A stretch of DNA of 64,000 nt, taken from assembly GCA_951406725.2 (NCBI GenBank), contig OX597830.1, forward strand, positions 29,512,001-29,576,000. Reading direction: 5' to 3'. The number at the start of each line of letters is the position of its first letter. The stretch's first letter is position 1. Source of the DNA: Octopus vulgaris (lineage: Eukaryota). Shown piece by piece: positions 55,350-64,000 of this stretch. The notes beneath the pieces were generated by a model. It saw nothing but the letters and a program-made list of their open reading frames with translations. It had not been told where the DNA came from and did not search any database. The position numbers were made by a program, and so were the translations under genes.

Positions 55350-58300
55350 CCTCTCGTTCTTTTACTATAGGCCTTCTCTTTCATTCTTTGAATCATTTTT
55401 CTCTTTTTGTTGTACATTCCGTAAAGTCATAAATTTAGTCTAATCATTATAAGCCACATCAGATTCTAATTAACTGCTACTGCGACTACTTATGGTTTTT
55501 ATCCTTAATGCGTTTGATGGTGACTTTTCTTTCATTATTTTTTTTTTTTTTTTACTTATTCTTCATATTAATTTCATGAACTACTCTGTCAAAGTGTGCA
55601 CATGTTCTGATGTAGTATTTATGCGTGTTAAACTGTCATTTGTCTACATCACTTTAATGTTTAAATTCTGATTGGCAATTCTTGATTTAATAGACACATG
55701 GGTAAATCCAACCGTGCTCACCCCTTATAATTAGGTGCATCTAACACTACACTAGCCAACGTGTCTCTTCTTCAAGGAGTTTGAGTGTAAGTGTTGAGGA
55801 ATATTTGGTTACTCTTTGTGAATATATTGGACCGTCTAAACATATTATTTTCATAATGTGGATGTGCGTGGCCTAGTGGTAAAGATGTTTGACTTATGAT
55901 CATAAGGTTATAGTTTCAATTGCTGAATTGGTTGACGCGTTCTGTTCTTGAACAAGACATTTAAATTCACCCTGCTCCAGTACACTCAGCTGGTAAAATG
56001 AGTAATCTTGAGACACATTAGTTCAGGTGGGGATGATATATGCCATGGAAACCGGTCCTATGAATGTATATGACTCGTGAAGGAACTTTAATTTTACTTA
56101 TTAATAATATTCTCTCCTCATTCTCTCTGCCTGTCTGTCTCTGTCTCTGTCTTTGTCTGTCTCTCTCTCTGACAAATGTGTCTATTTGAGTCTGTATGTA
56201 CATGTGTATGGTTGTATATATGTATGTGTGAGAGTGTTTGTACGTGTGTTCGTCAACTATGACACAACTTGGTAGTTGTGTTTGGATACCATCATTAGAG
56301 TTGAATTTGGTGCATGTATTCCACTCCTGTCTCTTGTTCAACGATGATTCCTCATTCCCCCATTCGTGTTAGCGACTTTGAATAAATGGATTTATAGTTT
56401 CTCTTTCTATTCTTTTCTAATAGGTGATGAAGAAGTTCTATACTTTCGTAAACAATTCTGTTTCGGTTGATTTCAAATAAGTCTGCAATATATGTATATC
56501 TATAACTCATTAACATATGCTTTTTTTTTTATAGTATGATCTTTGAAGAAAAAGAAGGTATTGTTCCTATCTTCCAAAACATATTAGGTTATCTGTCAAA
56601 CACAGACATTTTCACGTGGCTGCTCTACTGGTAATGTGTGCGTAACAGTTTTCCTTAAATTGCATTCTAACGCTTACAAAATGGTTGAAAAACCTACGGT
56701 CGTGAATAAGAATGAGATTGCACCTGGAACGTTACCTTCTAAAGCACAAGTCTGGGCACGGTTATTTATGAAATAAAAGCAGTAACTCATGCATTCTCCA
56801 CAGCACCGGGGTTATCCAAAGGAAAGGCAAAGGCTGATACAGACAAATTCAATGTCTGTAGAATGGAACCCTCTGGTCATAGGTTTGCTAGTCATGGGCA
56901 AACCTAGAATTAAACTATGAAAAGAAAAAAATGGCTTTAGTGAATAATTGCTATTGTTTAAAGTAAGCTGTTGCAAACTTCAAATAAATGGCTTACGTTT
57001 GTGTAAACGAAGAACCAGAATGCTCCACTATCCTTTTCAATAATTCTAAAGTCTTATGAATGCCTTCAGTATTTGGAGGAAGTACAATTGTGCCATTAAA
57101 AAAACAGAAACAGAAAAGAAGAAAAACAGAAAAAACAAAAACAGAAAGAAATAGTAGCCCTTTTTCGATACACTTCAGTCCCTGGCAATGCGCTTATAAA
57201 GAATCAAGTTTATAATAGACACACTCACACATCCCTCATGTTTCTAGTCTACGAGGTCTGTTTGTTGATATTTTAAATATAGTTTTAATAGATGTTTATT
57301 GTTTACGCTGATAGTGTTTTTACCGTAATGTCTGTTACAACCGCGTCTAGTACTGGTATTCCATCATAAAAAACTGTATTGTTGTTATTCACATTGCTAC
57401 AATTATGGTTACAGTTTTTTGTACGATTTACTTTCGTTGCTCTGAAATAGCTTTTGTTCTTGTTGTATTTGTTACTCCTATTTCTGTGAATGTCTGAGCA
57501 GCTGTTGTTGTCAGTAATATATGTTACCATTTACAACTCGATCGTTCTGCTGATATTTCTCGAGAAATTCAACTAAATTTAGGAATATGTTCAATGATAA
57601 ATGCCAAAGCTTCTAATCACCAGTCTAAAATTATTAATGTATTTCATCTGAAATTTCTCAGTGTTTGAAGTTAGAAAGTAGGGAGAGTTCTCTTTGTCCA
57701 TAATTTCCTGGTGTGTTATAATATTGGTTCAATTTTGGTAGTCTAATGTCACAAATACAGACGATTTCTTTAGCCAACTAGATCCACTTCAGTACTCAAA
57801 CGTCACTTATATAGCTGTGCCCTAAATCAAGAAAGTTAAGATCAACCTCAGCAGGATTTGAATCCGTACGTAACTAAAGAGAACAGTGCATTATGGCTAC
57901 TATTTTAAGGATTCTCCTTTCAAAAATATATATTGACACCCACCAGCTTCTTAAATTCAATATATCTCGTGCATTCTTTGCAGACAAAACGTGATTGTAA
58001 TTCCTAAGAATTAATAAACAATATTCATATTTCTAATCATTAAAGTAATTAATAAGAGAACACTTAATGCTCATGTAAGCCAAAACCAACAGAAATACTG
58101 GTTTATAGTTTTATATTTTCATGGACGATAATATAATATGTTGTGCTCAGCTCCATCTCAAATATTAGCAGTGAAAAATATTATAAACTCTTCAAATGTA
58201 CTGCTAATTACATGATTATATATGATGTTAGTGATTTGATGGAAGTTTGTCCTCATGCACTACACTCTAAGATTAAAGATATAGAAGGTGAGATACATCC

Positions 58301-58887
58301 CATCGTTTTTCGACCTACGTAGCTACATAGTTGTTATATTTATGACGTTTGGAAGTCGAACGATCGCACTGAGATTTCTATAATCGCTCATCTCGTAAGG
58401 AAAGAATCAGTCGATTCGTGTCTTGTAAAGCTTTGATTATAATTGTTTCTATCGTTAAATAAAAGACGGCAGCCATTGCATGCGAAGTTATGTCATTAAT
58501 AATTTGCACTAGATTATTATGAGAGACATTAATTTTTATATCAGACACCGAATTTCAAATTGGTTAAATGACATCAATATCAGTCATTAAAAGTTTTGAA
58601 TCCTGGAATTAAATCAACTAAATAAACAGACATTTGAGAGTTCTGAAGCAAATCATCAAGAGAGACTGTTCATAGTAATGAAACCTTCCGAAAAATCGTA
58701 CAGAATGAAAAAATATATGCGATAAGACTTTGCTCATAGATATTCATAATCAATTGATACAGGTCGCAGCAGTTACTGAGAAAGACAACAATAAAATAAT
58801 AACTATTGTAAAGAAGCATTTTAAGGGACGTTAAGTGAGGCTTTCCGGTCAAGTCGTGAGGTAAATATTATTTCAGAATGAATATAC

Positions 58888-58920
<33 letters not shown>

Positions 58921-59061
58921 GATCAATAAATGGTGGGGTTGTGTTGACCGCACGTGGAGAGATGATAAGTAAGGAAAACATTTTTTAAAAATGCAGAATG
59001 CTCAAATGAAATAAAATTTTAATAAAATGAGAAAATGATAAAATATATAAATATATATATT

Positions 59062-59102
59062 TATTCAACCGGTTTTCGTCAATGTATGACTTGTCAAGAA
59101 TA
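59062..59102 (-). ncRNA. Minimal hammerhead variant with U3-A8 covariation
   Basis: uauuc-UUGACAA-guca-uacau-ugac-GAAA-accgg-UU-gaaua. Stem I 5 bp, stem II 4 bp, palindrome AACCGGUU; one extra A after GAAA. Confidence 0.65.
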
Positions 59103-59739
59103 TTTATGTTTTAAGAAGTTTTTTTGAAAATTAGAAAGGGGAAAAAAAGAAAATTGCAATGTTTTTTGTAAAAGACTAATGATAACAATGTACAAAAATT
59201 AAAAAATAAGTTCTCCGATACATTGTGAGTTCGTTGTGTATCTTGAGTTTTATGGTTGTTTACCAAAAAGTTACCTTGAGGTGTTAAGATCCAAAGGGAT
59301 TAAGAGCATGTGATGTGTTGTGTTGTTGAATACAGCATGTTGCAGGACAGGAAGTAGTAGTAATTGTGGTCCTGGTTCTTCAGTTCCTGTGTTGTGAGTA
59401 AGGGGAGAAAACTCTTTTGAGTTCTTCAATAAAACCCAAATTATAAAACTATCATTTTAGCTTCATTTGCATTATCTTTTTTATATATAATTGCTTGTTA
59501 ACTTAACTTTCAGATTTTAACACTTTATTTATATTATTTTCTAATAATATAAAACTGCATAGACAATTGCATTTCAAATTGTCATATCATTTATAATAAA
59601 AATGATAGTAGTAACAACAACAATAGTGAAAATGATATTTAAAGAATATAAGTTTTAGCTTGAAGTGGTGAATGCATGGTATCTTTATATATTTGTGTTA
59701 GTCCATCCATGAAGAGTGAGGTAGAGAAAGGAAGTTTGA

Positions 59740-60003
59740 TCAACGAGGAGTTTGCATATTAAGTTGTGTTTGGAATTTTTCAATAAAGAGATTCTCCTTG
59801 TTAATTCTCTCCTGTGTGGTGATCCCGTCTTTACATTGGTAGAAGGGGAATATATAGAATTTGGGGTTTAAGTCTTTGGCACATGAGTCTAAGTGGTCAC
59901 TCAGTGGAATTTGTCGGTATTCCGGGAGATTTATTTGTTCTTTATGCACCGTTACTCGTTTACGTAACGGGAGACTCGTTTGTCCCACATAATTATGTTG
60001 GCA
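59740..60003 (-). pseudogene. Penelope-type GIY-YIG endonuclease C-terminal fragment
   Basis: CQHNYVGQTSLPLRKRVTVHK...HL...ERINKENLFIEKFQTQLN matches C..YIGxT..LxxRxxxH...R..E..I....LN. Confidence 0.85.
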
Positions 60004-60034
<31 letters not shown>

Positions 60035-60360
60035 TGTATGTATGCAAATGTATATATATATATATATATACATATATATTTATATCTATGTATTTGTCTA
60101 TATCGTTCTATCTATCTATATACATGAATATATATTTTTGTGTGTATATGTGTATGTATACACATGTATATATATATATATACACATGTCTATATATGTG
60201 GATGTATACACATGTCTATATATATGTGTGTGTGTGTGGGTATGTCTGTGAGTGTGTAACCTAAAACAGAACGTGATATATGTATACGCATAAAAAATTT
60301 TGAATTTGGCATTTGGAATTGAAATGTAAAATAAACCTGTCTGTGGGAAATGCCTGACGC

Positions 60361-60409
<49 letters not shown>

Positions 60410-60421
60410 CATAACTACATA

Positions 60422-60467
<46 letters not shown>

Positions 60468-61461
60468 TATCTATATATCTATATATATATATTACATATA
60501 TATGTATGTACATATATACAAATCATATACATGTGCGCATACGCACCCACATACATACATGCATGAATATATACACGCTCGCACACACGCACACGGACAC
60601 ACTTACCCATATATATAACGTATGTACGTATATATGCCAATAAAACCACAGGCATATATCACACATATATACGTGGCTGTGTGTTTGTATGTGCGAAGAA
60701 AGAAAAAAAATATAATGTGGGAATATTACTTATATGAATAACGTTAAACAATAAGAATAAAATGCTCATGTGTATAATAACAATAGAAAATTAGGAATAT
60801 TTTTTTATGATACATTTTCGTTTGTTTTAAAAAGTTTTATTTTATATTTCTCGGGTGGTTACTGTATTTCATATTATTTGTCAATTTATATTTTGGCATA
60901 TCTTTTTCTCTACTTATATGAACCATTGTTAATAATATTTGGAAAATCAGCTCTTAAGTTATTACGAGATTCTTCTAAACAATATTATATTCATTATATA
61001 TTTTCTTTTTCTTGTTGCCACCATTCAGTAAATTAACCGAATTTTATTGCAAGCGATATTCTCGATTGTCATAAATGAGTATTTGTATGTATGCATGTGC
61101 GTATGTAAGACTGCACGCATGCGTATAGATTTACGTTTCTGTGAGTGTGTGTATGTAATGTATACATATGTATGTGTGTGTACGTCAGTTTATTACATAT
61201 ACGTATATGAAGGCTTATTTTAGTATGTGTATCCATGTATGTATGTATATACATATATATTTGTATTGATAAGATATATATATATATGCATATATATATA
61301 CACGCATATATATATATATATATCTTATATTAATAAGATGTATAATAAGATGTATACATACGTGTATATACACCCATACATACGTGTGTGTGTAAATGCA
61401 TAAACTATATCAATATGCATATAAGTATTATATAATATATATATATATACATATATATTAT

Positions 61462-61504
<43 letters not shown>

Positions 61505-61536
61505 CATATGTTATAAATATATACATATATGTGTTT

Positions 61537-61583
<47 letters not shown>

Positions 61584-62671
61584 TCTATATCTCCCTCTCT
61601 CTCTATATATATATATATGTATATGTATGTATATATTGAAAAAAATATTAACTAAAGAATAAATTCCAACAATCATGATAAGTATTTCTTTTCTTTTTGT
61701 TTTGTTCTTATATTTAATATTGTTTTTGTTTCACACTCTTCATTCTCTACTTCGTTCCCAGAGGTACCAGTTCCCTCATGCAGTAAAGTAAAAAAGAAAT
61801 GCTCTAATAATGTAATGTCAACAACACAATTGTATTAACAGTCAAATTAATGCTCTCTCAGCATTATGTCGCGTAGTAGTCTCCCATTGGGATCTGCGCT
61901 TTATAATTAAACTACATACCAAGACATACTAGATCCGTCATATCTATATTATTTAGACCCTTACGTTACTAAGTCCTTAGCGCTTGAATAGCAAATTCCC
62001 CAAACATTTTAGTTATTTTGGAGAGATGTCTTTTGTTTCAGTAGTATCGTACTCTCTACCGCTGAATGTAAATGAATTGCTTTGGCTTTCCTGCCTTTTT
62101 ACACTTGAAGGTAAAAGAAAACTCTAGTGATATCATTCATTTCTAAGTCAATATGAAACTTGCTTCTCTTACTCAGTTGAGTTGCAATGGATCTTTTCAT
62201 CATATTTCAAATCTCTTTGCCGATGTTTGACTGCTAAACGATATATCGACACTTATCATCTGTGTTTCGGCATATACCATAATCTTTGATTTTTTTAAAA
62301 AATAGATCACATTCGATAATATTTGATATAATATTAAATATATTCAATTAATGATGTGAGCTAAATGAATCGTTAGCATAACTTTTCCAAATTTCCGAAA
62401 GAGTGAATTGCGTTATGATGCTATTTTTCTCACAGGGGTTTGAAGCTGCGCTTAGGTACATCACATTCTTTTTCAACATTCCTTGTTCTTATGCAGTTCC
62501 TGTTATTCTCTCCAACGGACCCTACTATACTGCGTAGTCGACAAAATAATAAACAATGCGCATGCGATGAATTAAAAACATAAAATGGCGACAATCTACC
62601 CATCACACTATCTATCTATCTATCTATCTATCTATATATCTATCTATCTATATATATATATATATATATAT

Positions 62672-63576
62672 ATTGCTAAGATGATCTGGTTCTTGACTGA
62701 TGACTGAGGGCTTCGAATGTCCCGTCCTGTGGTTCTTGTGTCGTCTCTGTGGCGTTTCATGTTCTTGTCCATGTCTGTAATTATTTTTACTGTTTACCTA
62801 TATAATCGGCGGCTACGTATCCACAATTGTCCTTATACGATAAGTATATTTTTTCTCAAGCATTGATACGACTCTTAATCTGTCTCTTTCTCTCTCTCTC
62901 TCTCCTCCCTTATTCCCCTTCCTTTCTTTCCCTCTCCATCCGTCTTCCCCCCCCTTCTACGTTTCTCTATCTCTCTCACCTCCAGCCCCCTCGATCTGTC
63001 TCTTTCTTCTCCTCCCTCGTCCACCTTCTCTCTCTTTTCATCTGTCCCTTTCTCCTGTCTTTTGTTCTCACGTGACCGCTAGCCGCTGTTGAGCGCTCTT
63101 TTCGTTCCAGCAGCCGCCGAAGCAACACGTATTTGTTCGTCTCCCTGCGGCCATTAGGCACAACTTCATAAGCCAGCCCCATACTCAACTCGTCCTGTCG
63201 AAAGACCCTTGTCCTACGTCCTGGTTTTGTTTTGTTGTTTATTATTTTTTTATTTTTACCGTTATTGTTTTTACGTTTTTGTATTCTTATTGGTGTCACG
63301 TATTCTGTATTTTTGTTCGTGTACTTCGTTCGTTTTCCGTCCTCGTGTTGTATACATTCGAAGGTTTCTTCCAGGGGATCTAATGCGCTTGGCTTAGATT
63401 TCCCTTGGCGGGCTGCCCACATCGGAGCAATCTCAAGATTAATCAGCCGAAATTGCTAAGATGATCTGGTTCTTGACTGATGACTGAGGGCTTCGAATGT
63501 CCCGTCCTGTGGTTCTTGTGTCGTCTCTGTGGCGTTTCATGTTCTTGTCCATGTCTGTAATTATTTTTACTGTTTA

Positions 63577-63584
<8 letters not shown>
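62672..63584 (+). mobile_element. 780-bp non-coding unit with a 133-bp terminal direct repeat, inserted in (TA)n (PLE pLTR- or retrozyme-like)
   Basis: 62672-62804 and 63452-63584 are identical (offset 780). No TG..CA ends, no TIR and no credible ORF. Confidence 0.8.
63417..63487 (+). ncRNA. Candidate non-circularly permuted hammerhead ribozyme
   Basis: agcaaUC-ucaaga ... ucag-cc-GAAA-uugcu ... ucuuga-CUGAUGA-cuga. All three stems are complementary, but the strand order is not that of types I, II or III. Confidence 0.55.
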
Positions 63585-63668
<84 letters not shown>

Positions 63669-63720
63669 TAAATATATATATATATATAAATATATATATA
63701 TATAAATATATATATTTATA

Positions 63721-64000
63721 TGCGCAGGAGTGGCTGTGTGGTAAGTAGCTTGCTAACCAACCACATGGTTCCGGGTTCAGTCCCACTGCGTGGCATCTTG
63801 AGCAAGTGTCTTCTGCTATAGCCCCGGGCCGACCAATGCCTTGTGAGTGGATTTGGTAGACGGAAACTGAAAGAAGCCTGTCGTACATATGTATATATAT
63901 ATATGTATCTGTGTGTGTTTGTGTGTCTGTGTTTGTCCCCCTACCATTGCTTGACTACCGATGCTGGTGTGTTTACGTCCCCGTCACTTAGCGGTTCGGC
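63721..64000 (+). mobile_element. SINE family A, running off the window end
   Basis: gcgcaggagtggctgtgtggtaag head through gtcacttagcggttcggc. Confidence 0.9.

Larger units (their letters stand above)
58921..60003 (-). mobile_element. 5'-truncated Penelope-like element (GIY-YIG end, 3' UTR, hammerhead) between (TA)n tracts
   Basis: GIY-YIG peptide followed by a ~640-nt UTR and a hammerhead-like motif on the same strand; TA runs at both ends. Confidence 0.85.

Noticed and set aside
59345-59392. Minus-strand acaggaa-CTGAAGA...ttcctgt in the PLE UTR
   Set aside because: A stem I-like pairing exists, but there is no GAAA and no UH before the 3' strand.
62976-63422. 148-aa minus-strand ORF in the 780-bp unit
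   Set aside because: K/R/E-rich antisense reading of pyrimidine tracts, with no motif.
62672-63584. LTR retrotransposon or TRIM interpretation
   Set aside because: No TG...CA termini, primer binding site, polypurine tract or distinct TSD is visible.

Overview
AT-rich, microsatellite-saturated eukaryotic DNA with no recognisable host exon. The two dominant tRNA-derived SINE families resemble cephalopod (Octopus) SINEs, recalled from memory and not searched. Almost all listed ORFs are translations of (TA)n, (CA)n or trinucleotide repeats. Real coding remnants are all from transposons: Tc1 and mariner transposases, a CR1-group LINE 3' end, an R4/Dong-like RLE LINE and a Penelope-like GIY-YIG 3' end. 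The hidden signal is RNA structure. Several short AT-rich inserts beside (TA)n tracts carry minimal hammerhead ribozyme (HHR) motifs of the Penelope-like element (PLE) type: a canonical one at 22297-22339 and variants at 46805, 54898, 59062 and 19530. Some of these inserts are foldback hairpins. Most striking is a 780-bp, terminally redundant, non-coding unit at 62672-63584. It contains all three hammerhead strands, complementary to each other but in a non-circularly-permuted order, and may assemble only across the terminal repeat or as a dimer.
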